A stretch of 64,000 nucleotides of DNA from positions 70,618,001 to 70,682,000 of the forward strand of contig NC_083279.1 in the NCBI RefSeq assembly GCF_963506605.1. The letters are read 5' to 3'. Numbering within the stretch: position 1 is the first letter of the stretch; every line of letters begins with the position of its first letter. This stretch comes from Zootoca vivipara. Lineage: Eukaryota. The notes beneath the pieces are model-generated. The model was not told the origin of the DNA. It made no database searches and worked only from the letters and a program-made list of their open reading frames with translations. Shown piece by piece: positions 54,792-63,695 of this stretch. Position numbers and translations under genes: made by a program.

Positions 54792-57700
54792 CTATAAAGT
54801 GTCTTATTGTAATTTAACTTGTGCTTTGGGAAAGGAAAACAATATACAACCTGACTGATGTAAAGTTGTAAATGTTGTAAAGGCTTTTGACTGAGAGCTG
54901 TCATCTTTATTTCAAAATATAATTCATTGCTTTTGTGCAGGCCAGCAAGATAAGCACCATCTCCTTACACTGAAATGTGACCTTGAGGACTAGAAGGTTT
55001 GCAAGACATATGGCATTTGCATCTGCACACACCTTCCCAGGGGCAAGGCTATTAATCTTGCTAAGTGAACCTGTGAATCACTGGACAAAGCTACAACGTA
55101 TTCTCCCAAGGGTAATGAGTTTTGTGATAAGAAGCCCAAAGAGCAACAAAACATTCCTTTCACTCGCTTAGCTAAGCTGTTGTGTGCATTTGGTGTGATA
55201 TTGTCAACTTCAGATTTTGTTGTTTTGCTGGTGAAAATGATATTATGGTAATTGCAAAGCAGGTGGGATTTAAATTTACTAGTCACACATTCTTAATTTA
55301 CAGGGTCCAAAGAACAGCTTACACATTGGCTATTGTGGCCTTATAGCAAAGAGATTGATTTTCAGAGATCATTTCTTGGTTCCCAAAGTACTTTTTGTCT
55401 CCTACAATCGTGTAAGGGAACTTAGAGGAGCTGCCTTCTAATTGAACAGCAAGCATGATTCCTTATTGTAATATAACCAAGACATTGATTCATTGTCCAA
55501 CCAGCAAGAGAAGCAGCATGAGCGAATATACTAGTGGGAATCATGAAAGCAAGCAAGTGCCCTTCCATTTCTGCAAGCAGTTTACTGTCTACTTTTTATG
55601 GTCTCTTTAAGACCGGGATCTGAAGTAACTTCAAGACCTCTGCCTTAGTGCTAACATTGCCTCATGAATTATATTGCCACTCTTGCTGCTTCGGTTTTGC
55701 TAGATTCCCACCCACATCCATCTAAAAATATGACTTTGTGCAGCTCTCCCAACTGTGGAGAGGAGGAACATCTCATATTTTTCCAACTCCCTTTCCCCCA
55801 TTTAATCTTGCTGTTTTGATTTCTGTTTACATTGTCTGCCTAGCTGATGATTGCTTTCAGTTGGAGGGACTTGTGTTCATGACATTCTGGCTTCCTAATA
55901 GGACATTATCATGTAATGATTGGAGCAGACACCTAGACATTGCTGCATTCCTCTTGAACTGGTGCCATTATATATATATTGTCTCCATGTAAGAAGGAAT
56001 GAAGGGTATTCTCCCCTCCAAAGAAATACTGTACAGTTATTCGAGAGTAATTTGTCCTTTTTTAATGCTATCCTAAAGCTTGTGTCTTAGTATTGTCAAT
56101 AGAGCATTTTTGGAAACCTTGAAGCTGCAGGTGTTTGTTTGCAAAAGAAAAGAGCCATTGAACAAATTCTTTGCTGTAGTGGCTTTTGGGATTGACCGTC
56201 TTAATCTAGTATACCTCCTATTCTGCTTACTCCCATCATTGGGCAGATACTAGCACTTGTGTATCTGAGCACAGAAATTTCCTTGAACAACTCTGGAGTA
56301 CCAGAATTCACCCTAATCTTGTCTAAAACTCTCTCTATAGCTTTTTCTTAGGATATTATTTAGTATTTATAACCTGGTTTTTTAGGAAGCTTAGTTGTAC
56401 TGTGCAGCTTTCCCAAGCAAGCACATTTAGAGATTTGCAAAATTAGGTATTTATGAGGATTTTATTATTATTTTTAGATTCTAGAACTGCAGCCCTGATG
56501 TCAGTAAGCTATAAAAATGAAAGTCTGTGAAATTTCTTGGTTTGAGTAGTCCACCAGTTTACAATGCGCAAGTGGAAAACTGCAGCCTTGATTTATAAGT
56601 CATATAGGCATAGGGCGTTAATGAATGGGCACAGGGTTGCCAGTCAGACCCTAAGACAGCTATTGTTGCACAGAAGGCAGAATTTCATCTGGTGTGGCTT
56701 TTCTCATCACACCACTGCAGTAAGCTAAGGCGCCAGGTAGAATTTTCTTAAAAGAGACAGGGATCCTTCAGCATCTGGGTTTGGTAGCTCAATACTGGAG
56801 AAATACTTGCACAGGGAAGTCATTGCTGAGAAGTGGCAGGCAACAACTCTGCCCTTCATCTACTTTTCTCAGAGTTTAGAGGGTCTGGTTTTTCTGTACA
56901 GGGGAGTCATAAATCCTATTGGGTCTTTTTAAAATACCAGCTCTGATCTTCTTACCAGCTTCCTTTTTTAGGCTGGAGACAGACAGTAGGTCTGTTCCCC
57001 CTACCCCCCAAAGTGTAGAAGGCAATGTGCACATCACAAGCTGGAACCTTTGTTTCACATTTTCCCCACAGTCGCCTCTGGTAAAATGGTGCTTTTGCAT
57101 TCTTTAAAATTCTCAAAACTTCCTTGATTTAGAGGGTCTTCACCCCCAATTGCAGATGCTGCAGAGCATCCAATGGTAATGTAGGGTTTTTCCCAGATGT
57201 TAAGTGCCATGCTAGTGTACTGCTGGAACTCACAAATCTTAAAAGAAGAACTTGAGCAGTTTTGTCAAGTTTCCTTGCTGTAGTAATAGGTTTATTTTAT
57301 GGAGAGAAAGTTCCTTTTTCAGAAATCCATTTATTAAATTTGGATTATTAGTGCACTCGGTTTCAGTATGGAAAGGGGTAGGATCAGTAGTTGTATATTT
57401 AGCACATTGAGACACATAAGCCCTCAATGCTGCATCTCTTCTAAAGCAGCTGCTCTTAAAATATTGCAATCTTTAATTATGGAATGCATTTCAGATATTC
57501 GTACAGATACTTTCTAGTTGTAATTTTTCTACTTAAAACCTGTCTTTGAGTACCTTTCTAATATTGACACTGCTGCTGCATTTATATTAAAGATTTGGTT
57601 TTTTATTCAAATGTTAAAATCAATGTTATGATTTGAATATTTGTCATGATTTGAATATATTTTTTAACTAATTCAGTCCGATTTTAAGTCACTTGATAAC

Positions 57701-58285
57701 ATAGGACTTAGTTAAAAATATTCAAATCATAACATTGATTTTTATTTACTGGGATCTTTGCTAAATGTGGATTATGGTGGTAAGTCTTTGTACATTTTTA
57801 TTTCCCGGGACCTTAAAATCACCTGTATACTAAATTTTAAATTTCTGCTATAGTTACCCTTTGTGTTCTGGCATAAAGCAGAACCATCTTGTCCTAGATG
57901 TATATGGTCACTTTCTCAAATTAATCAGTAGCTTGTTCACACTTGTTACAACACTATTTTAGATGAACCCAGTCTTGGCCTTAACTACAAATATGTCAGT
58001 GTCAGAGCTTAAGGCCTTTAGCTACTAAATATAAGGTGGCTTCTTTAAGATGTACTTTTTTGGAAAACAAAAAAGTGCCTACCCGCACCATGCAATATGA
58101 CTGCATTAATGGAGACTTTTGTAATAAGGCTTTGATTTTTTAAAAAAGCTTGAATGGATGTTCCATTTTTGTACACTTTTCTTGTTGGCTTTTGTATTGT
58201 ACCTTTTGTATATGCTGGTCTTTTTTTCTGCCTTAAGAAATGAAATACTACTTTGGACATACTCTTACTGCACTATCTCTTCTGT

Positions 58286-58291
58286 AATAAA
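58286..58291 (+). terminator. Probable SFT2D2 poly(A) signal
   Basis: AATAAA preceded by a TGTA/T-rich cluster (58168-58210) and followed by CA dinucleotides at 58302-58308; ends a 3.3-kb repeat-poor, UTR-like tract. Confidence 0.55.
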
Positions 58292-58310
58292 GCTAGTTTC
58301 TCAACACATG

Positions 58311-58738
58311 TGTCACAGTGGCCGGAGTGGACTACTTCAGAGTAACGACGCTACGCAGCTCTGCATTTTATTCTTTTATTGGTGCTGCGTATTTACAGTG
58401 CTCAAGTCATTGCTATTTACACGGATCGATGTTGTCAGTCGGTTTCAGAACCTCCTAATGGCTTTTGGCGCGTCTTTCTCCAACACAAAAGCTTTGGCAG
58501 ACCCATCCTCTTGCCCCTCCTCTTCCTGCGTAATTCTGGAGTTGGAGGGATGGGTCTTCCCCCCTTGCTTGCCCCTTCCTGTCCCACCTGGGACCCTGGC
58601 TCCTCTACCTTGCCTGAGCCTCGGACACGACTTCCTGCTTCCCCACTGGAATCGGAACTCTCCCTGCTTTCCCCTTTGCTCGGGGACGGGCTTGAACTCA
58701 GGAGGGGAGGGACTTCGCGATATCCCCTGTCCCTCACA
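58311..58738 (-). repeat. 3' LTR (428 bp)
   Basis: Minus-strand TGTGAG...GTGACA; adjacent PPT GGGAGGGGGGTGGA at 58752-58739; tandem AATAAA on the minus strand at ~58367-58380. Confidence 0.93.
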
Positions 58739-61700
58739 TCCACCCCCCTCCCAAGCTCTCCTTCACCCCTCCCCAGGCCCCCCCCATGTGTCGGTGACGA
58801 CTGGAAGCCTAAGAACTCAGTGCTCTCCGAGCCCGTTGGTGTGAATACCTCCCCCCAGTCCTGCGAGCCCCCCCCTTCCGCCTGGGCGGACGGGAATCCC
58901 AAAAAGTCCGTGGCGTCAGAGCTGGTGGGGTTAAAAACGTTCTGCCAATCTGCTCCTTCCTCTGACTGGGTGGATCTCGGTGACACCCATACCTCATCCT
59001 CTGGTTCCTCAAACTCCGCTTCCCAGCGCCATGGTGAGCTGCTCTCCCGTGCCTCCTCCTCCTCCCCCTCCCTTTCCATGTGCCAGGGCTTGGGTCTGTG
59101 GGGAAAGAGGGCGTGAAATTCTTCCACCAAGAATTCCTCCTGTATCTGAGTGGCTGGGACCCATTCATTCTGGGACGGTGGAGCATCCTCCCATGCCATG
59201 AGGTACTCCAGTCCCCCCACCCCCCACCTTGAATCCAGGATGGCCGTGGCCTCATTGAGTTGCTCCCTGCCTTCCCTCTCCCCCCCTCCCTCGGGGGTTT
59301 GTTCGCTGTCTCGGAGCCTGCTGCTTTCCCTGTACGGCGACAGCAGCGATCTATGAAACACTGGATGCACCCTCATGTCCTCTGGCAGTGCCAGCCTGTA
59401 TGCCACCGGGTTTACCTGTTGCGTGACCGTGAAGGGGCCCAGCCTTTTGGGTGCCAGCTTTTTGCACCTCCCTCTGGTGGGAAGGCCCTCCGAGGACAAC
59501 CACACCTTGTCCCCCACCCTGATGACCTCCCCTTGTCGCCTGTGGCGATCTGCCCCCTTTTTGTACGCTTCCTTGGCCCTCTCCAAGTGTTCTCTGAGCT
59601 GCTGGTGCACCGTCTCCAGTTCCTCTGCCCAATCCTCAGCCTGTGGGCCCTCCTCCTCCTCCTCCTCCCTCTCCCTCTCTGGGAAAGATCTGAGGTCGCG
59701 CCCGTAATTGGCCTTAAAGGGCGACACCCCTGTGGAGACGTGCACCGCATTGTTGTAGGCAAATTCTGCCAGTGGCAGGCGATCCACCCAGTCCGTTTGC
59801 CTCTGGCTGACGTAACATCTCAGGTACTGCTGCAGAATGGCGTTGACCCGCTCCGCCTGTCCATTGGTCTGCGGGTGCCGAGCCGTCGACAAGCTGACCT
59901 CCACCTGCAGGAGGTTCATGAGCCGCCGCCAGAACCTGGAAACAAATTGGCGGCCACGATCCGAAATAACCCTTAAAGGTAATCCATGCAGTCTGAAAAT
60001 GTGATCAACAAACAGTTTGGCTGTCTCTTCTGCCGAGACTGCCCTGGCACACGGTATAAAGTGACACATTTTGGACATAAGGTCCACCACCACCAACACT
60101 GCAGTCTTACCCCTGGACGAAGGCAGATCTGTGATGAAGTCCATGGACACCACTTCCCACGGCCTGTGTGGTGTGGCTAAGGGCTCCAGCAACCCTGGTG
60201 GCGCTGCTCTGACCACCTTCGCCCGCTGGCAGGTGGTACAGCCCCTTACATAGTCTCGAACATCTTCCCGCACCCCTGGCCACCAGAAGTGTCTCATGAC
60301 TAGGTGAGCGGTTTTGTCCCTTCCAAAATGCCCCGCTGTAGGGTTGTCGTGCATCTGCTTGAGGACCGTACGTCGAAGCTGGGTGGTGGGTAGGTACAGC
60401 GCACCCTTGTAGAAAAGCAGCCCTCTGCGTTCTGCAAAGTCTTTTGCCTGCTCCCTCCCCCCTCTCAGTTCTCTGAAGATGCGGTTGGCAAATTCATCCG
60501 CTGCCGTCAGTGCTGTGAGTTCTGCCTCGCTCACCACAGCTGCTCCGCAGGACCATGCCGACGGGGGGAAAATGTGCCTTGGGGCTGGTGGCGCCTCCTC
60601 CTCCATGTACTCTGGCTTGCGGGAGAGGGCATCCGCCCTGACGTTCTGCTCCCCCGGGATGTAGTGGATGGAGAAGTTGAAGTTCGAGAAGAACTCTGCC
60701 CACCGTATCTGCCGCTGGTTGAGCACCCTGGCAGTTCTCCAGAACTCCAGGTTCTTGTGGTCTGTGCACACCTGGATGGGGTGCTTCGCGCCCACCAGGA
60801 AGTGTCGCCAGTGCTGGAACGCAGCGTAGATCGCAAGAAGTTCCCTATCAAACACTGTGTAGTTGCGTTCAGGCTGTGTCAGCTTCCTGGAGAAGAAGGC
60901 ACAGGGTCTCCACTCCCTGTTGGCGTCCAGTTGCAACAAAATTGCGCCCACAGCTTTTTCAGAAGCATCTGTCTCAATGCGTAGGGGCGCGTCCTGCACC
61001 ACATGGAACAGGTTTTGGTCTGAGGCGAACACTCTCTTGAGGCTTTCGAACGCTGCTTGCGCCTCTGGTGTCCACTTGAACTTCTGCTTGCCTCTCAGGC
61101 AGTCCGTGATGGGAGCCGTAACGCGAGAGAAGTTCTTGATGAACTTCCTGTAGAAGTTAGCGAAGCCTAGTAGGCGTTGGGCATCTTTGCGCGTCCTGGG
61201 GCTGTGCCAGTCCAGGATGGCCTGCACCTTGTCCTTGTCCATCGCCAGCCCCTTGTCTGACAGCTTGTAGCCCAGGAAGTCCACCTCTTTGGTGTGAAAC
61301 TTGCACTTCTCCAGCTTCACATACAGGTGGTGCTCCTTCAGGCGTTGCAACACCTCTCTGACATCTTTCACATGCTGCACTGGGTCATTCGAGTAGATAA
61401 GGATGTCATCTAGGAAGACCAAGCATTTCCTGAAGAGGAGGGACCCCAGGACGTGGTGCATGAAGGCCTGGAAGCATGCTGAGCCCCCTTGCAAACCGAA
61501 GGGCATCACCAGATATTCAAAAGAGCCCAGAGGCGTGAACATCGTGGTTTTCCATTCATCTCCTTCCCGGATCCTGATCAAGTTGTACGCCCCCCTTAGG
61601 TCCAGCTTGGTGAAAATCTTGCCCCTGCGTGCCGCTGTCAGGAGATCATCCACTCTGGGCATGGGGAAAGCCACGGGCTCTGTCACCGAATTCAGCCGTC

Positions 61701-62562
61701 TAAAGTCCACCACAAGACGGCGCTGTTGCGTGTCTTTCTTGTCCACCCAGAAGACCGGGCTGCCCCCTGCTGCCTTGCTTTCCCTTATGAACCCCCGCTT
61801 GAGGTTCTTGTCGATGAAAGCGCGCAGATCCTCCAGCTCCTGGTCTGACATGGCGTACAGCTTGGCTGGGGGTATCGTCGCCCCTGGCACCAGGTTGATC
61901 TGGCAGTCAAAAGGCCTGTGCGGGGGTAGGTGGTCGGACTCCGCTTCGCTGAAGACCTCCTGCAGGTCCCAGTACTGCTTGGGTATTGCCTCACCCCCTT
62001 TGATATGCATGGTGGCCACCGTGGCTATCGGAGGCCCCTCCCCTGGTTGGTGCTGCATGCAATGTTCCAGACAAAAGTCTGACCCAAACGTGATGCACCT
62101 CTGGTGCCAACTGATGGAGGGGTCGTGGCGCGCCAGCCAGCTCATGCCCAAGACGATGGGGGGGTCTGAGATGGTGGTGACGTTGAACGCCAGTGTCTCT
62201 GAGTGCCTTCCCACCGTCATTCTCATGGGGGGGGTTTGATGTGTGATGGCCCCTCCCAGCAGTTCCCTGCCGTCAATGGTTGCTACGTGCAGAGGAAAAT
62301 CCAACTGCAAAAGCTGGATTTGGTGCTCTTCTGCAAAGCTTCTCGAGAAGAAGTTGGCGGACGCCCCACTGTCAATTAAGGCGAGGACCGTCAGGGGATA
62401 GCCATTTGGGAGCGTTAGCGTCACTTCTAGAACCACTCCTGCTCTGGGAGGGGTGGGCTGGCTCTGCACCTCTCTGTGCGGGTGGGCGGGCTGGGGCTGT
62501 TGTCTGCTGACTGTGCCTGGCTGCTGCCCCTTGTCTCCTGCAGCCAGGCTTTCCCGTTTCCC
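58435..62562 (-). CDS. pol: Pol (protease-RT-RNase H-integrase-chromodomain plus long C-terminal tail), reached by -1 frameshift
   Basis: ALIDSGA (protease), LDLRGAY / MPFGL / FLDD (RT), TDAS...RELLA...TDHKNL...ADALSR (RNase H), HHCC, D-D-E, GPF motif, chromodomain; no stop over >1340 codons. Confidence 0.95.
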   Translation of the reverse strand, partial: GKRESLAAGDKGQQPGTVSRQQPQPAHPHREVQSQPTPPRAGVVLEVTLTLPNGYPLTVLALIDSGASANFFSRSFAEEHQIQLLQLDFPLHVATIDGRELLGGAITHQTPPMRMTVGRHSETLAFNVTTISDPPIVLGMSWLARHDPSISWHQRCITFGSDFCLEHCMQHQPGEGPPIATVATMHIKGGEAIPKQYWDLQEVFSEAESDHLPPHRPFDCQINLVPGATIPPAKLYAMSDQELEDLRAFIDKNLKRGFIRESKAAGGSPVFWVDKKDTQQRRLVVDFRRLNSVTEPVAFPMPRVDDLLTAARRGKIFTKLDLRGAYNLIRIREGDEWKTTMFTPLGSFEYLVMPFGLQGGSACFQAFMHHVLGSLLFRKCLVFLDDILIYSNDPVQHVKDVREVLQRLKEHHLYVKLEKCKFHTKEVDFLGYKLSDKGLAMDKDKVQAILDWHSPRTRKDAQRLLGFANFYRKFIKNFSRVTAPITDCLRGKQKFKWTPEAQAAFESLKRVFASDQNLFHVVQDAPLRIETDASEKAVGAILLQLDANREWRPCAFFSRKLTQPERNYTVFDRELLAIYAAFQHWRHFLVGAKHPIQVCTDHKNLEFWRTARVLNQRQIRWAEFFSNFNFSIHYIPGEQNVRADALSRKPEYMEEEAPPAPRHIFPPSAWSCGAAVVSEAELTALTAADEFANRIFRELRGGREQAKDFAERRGLLFYKGALYLPTTQLRRTVLKQMHDNPTAGHFGRDKTAHLVMRHFWWPGVREDVRDYVRGCTTCQRAKVVRAAPPGLLEPLATPHRPWEVVSMDFITDLPSSRGKTAVLVVVDLMSKMCHFIPCARAVSAEETAKLFVDHIFRLHGLPLRVISDRGRQFVSRFWRRLMNLLQVEVSLSTARHPQTNGQAERVNAILQQYLRCYVSQRQTDWVDRLPLAEFAYNNAVHVSTGVSPFKANYGRDLRSFPEREREEEEEEGPQAEDWAEELETVHQQLREHLERAKEAYKKGADRHRRQGEVIRVGDKVWLSSEGLPTRGRCKKLAPKRLGPFTVTQQVNPVAYRLALPEDMRVHPVFHRSLLSPYRESSRLRDSEQTPEGGGEREGREQLNEATAILDSRWGVGGLEYLMAWEDAPPSQNEWVPATQIQEEFLVEEFHALFPHRPKPWHMEREGEEEEARESSSPWRWEAEFEEPEDEVWVSPRSTQSEEGADWQNVFNPTSSDATDFLGFPSAQAEGGGSQDWGEVFTPTGSESTEFLGFQSSPTHGGGLGRGEGELGRGVDVRDRGYREVPPLLSSSPSPSKGESRESSDSSGEAGSRVRGSGKVEEPGSQVGQEGASKGGRPIPPTPELRRKRRGKRMGLPKLLCWRKTRQKPLGGSETD

Positions 62563-63653
62563 TGCTGTGGTGCTGCGTCAGTGGGGGAGGGCACCACCGT
62601 TCCCGCCTTTCCTTGCCACTCCCTGCGATGTGGGCAGTCTCTGACGAGATGCTGGGGTGAGTTGCAGAGAAAGCAATTCCCGCCCCTTCCCTCCTTGCGT
62701 CTTGGCGCCGCTGGGGTTTGAAAAGCCCGCGCGCGCGCGCTATCAATCTGCATGGGCTCCTGGTCCTGGCTGGCTCCAGGCGTGGCCTGAAAGGGTTGTT
62801 GAGGGAGTGGCTTCTCCTGCGACCGTGGGAACCAAGCCCGCTTTGCGCGCGTCGCTTGCTTGTCGTTCCACCGGGATTCCTGCCTCACCCCCACCGCCAG
62901 AGCTGCTTTGCTCAGCTGATCCATAGTACTGGGCTTTGGACCTCTCGAGAGTTCATCCTTCACCTCCTCGCTCAAACCCAAGTAAAACGCAGCTTGCATG
63001 GGAGGCGAATCCAAAACCCACCCCAGTCTGTGCACCAGCATGGTGAATTTCGCCCAATATGCGCGAACTGTCATATTTCCTTGGCGTAAATTATGCAGTT
63101 CCTCCTTAGTCTGGTCCAAATGACTATCGGACGAATACATCGTCCTCAAACCTTCTAGAAATTGTTGGACATTTTTCATGCAAGGATTCTTGGTTGCGAT
63201 TAATGGTCTTAGCCACTCCCTGGCTGCTCCGGTGAGATGTTCCACAATAAACGCTACTCTGTGCTCATCATCGGGGAACTCATTCTGGTGCAGCTCAAGA
63301 GCATACACGATCTCAGTCTCAAAGCCCTGAAACTCCTTCGGGTCTCCATTGAACTTGCTTACAAGGGTCCCTGCTCTCCTTCCTGGCAGCACTTGGACTT
63401 GGGGAGCCCCTCCCGCCTTGTTTTTCTCTGCATCCAGCTTGTTTTGGAGGTCTACCGCCACCGCCCTTAAATGCTGCTCTTTTTCCTGGAGCTCTCTCAC
63501 CTGTTCCGCAAGTTGTAGCCGGTCGTCCTGGACCTTCTTAGTCTCCTCTTTAGCTGCCTTCAATTCTCCCTGCGCCTGCAGCGACAGCTGTTGCAGTTCT
63601 AGCTGGGCTTGCTCAGCGATCTGCCGCCACTTCTCCGCCTCGGACACGCTCAT
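62427..63653 (-). CDS. gag: Gag (coiled coil, capsid, CCHC zinc knuckle), 408 aa
   Basis: ATG at 63653 (MSVSEAEKW); LRQGNMTVRAY capsid motif; CFLCNSPQHLVRDC knuckle. Confidence 0.93.
   Translation of the reverse strand: MSVSEAEKWRQIAEQAQLELQQLSLQAQGELKAAKEETKKVQDDRLQLAEQVRELQEKEQHLRAVAVDLQNKLDAEKNKAGGAPQVQVLPGRRAGTLVSKFNGDPKEFQGFETEIVYALELHQNEFPDDEHRVAFIVEHLTGAAREWLRPLIATKNPCMKNVQQFLEGLRTMYSSDSHLDQTKEELHNLRQGNMTVRAYWAKFTMLVHRLGWVLDSPPMQAAFYLGLSEEVKDELSRGPKPSTMDQLSKAALAVGVRQESRWNDKQATRAKRAWFPRSQEKPLPQQPFQATPGASQDQEPMQIDSARARAFQTPAAPRRKEGRGGNCFLCNSPQHLVRDCPHRREWQGKAGTVVPSPTDAAPQQGNGKAWLQETRGSSQAQSADNSPSPPTRTERCRASPPLPEQEWF
62493..62562 (-). promoter_or_regulatory. Programmed -1 ribosomal frameshift signal
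   Basis: G_GGA_AAC at 62562-62556 in the gag frame; 6-nt spacer; 10-bp stem GCCTGGCTGC/GCAGCCAGGC; loop GGGGC can pair with downstream GCCCC; the -1 frame opens into pol. Confidence 0.88.
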
Positions 63654-63682
63654 CCCGGCAACTCCGAAGTAGCCCAAAAATG

Positions 63683-63693
63683 ATTAGGAGGTT
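63683..63693 (-). promoter_or_regulatory. Primer binding site, self-priming type
   Basis: AACCTCCTAAT 2 nt after the 5' LTR; no TGG start; exact complement of LTR 63844-63834. Confidence 0.75.
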
Positions 63694-63695
63694 GC

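Noticed and set aside
58470-58500. KLLCW in the Pol tail as a PP1-docking RVxF variant
   Set aside because: The motif is too degenerate (Leu in the V/I position) to support without data.
58158-62239. Long plus-strand ORFs (228, 245, 238 and 278 aa) antisense to pol
   Set aside because: Most simply shadow ORFs of a GC3-rich coding strand; most use non-ATG starts and show no domain. No env-like ORF is seen.
58427-63677. Domesticated gene such as PEG10/RTL1
   Set aside because: Identical LTRs, PPT, PBS and a full integrase show it is a mobile element.
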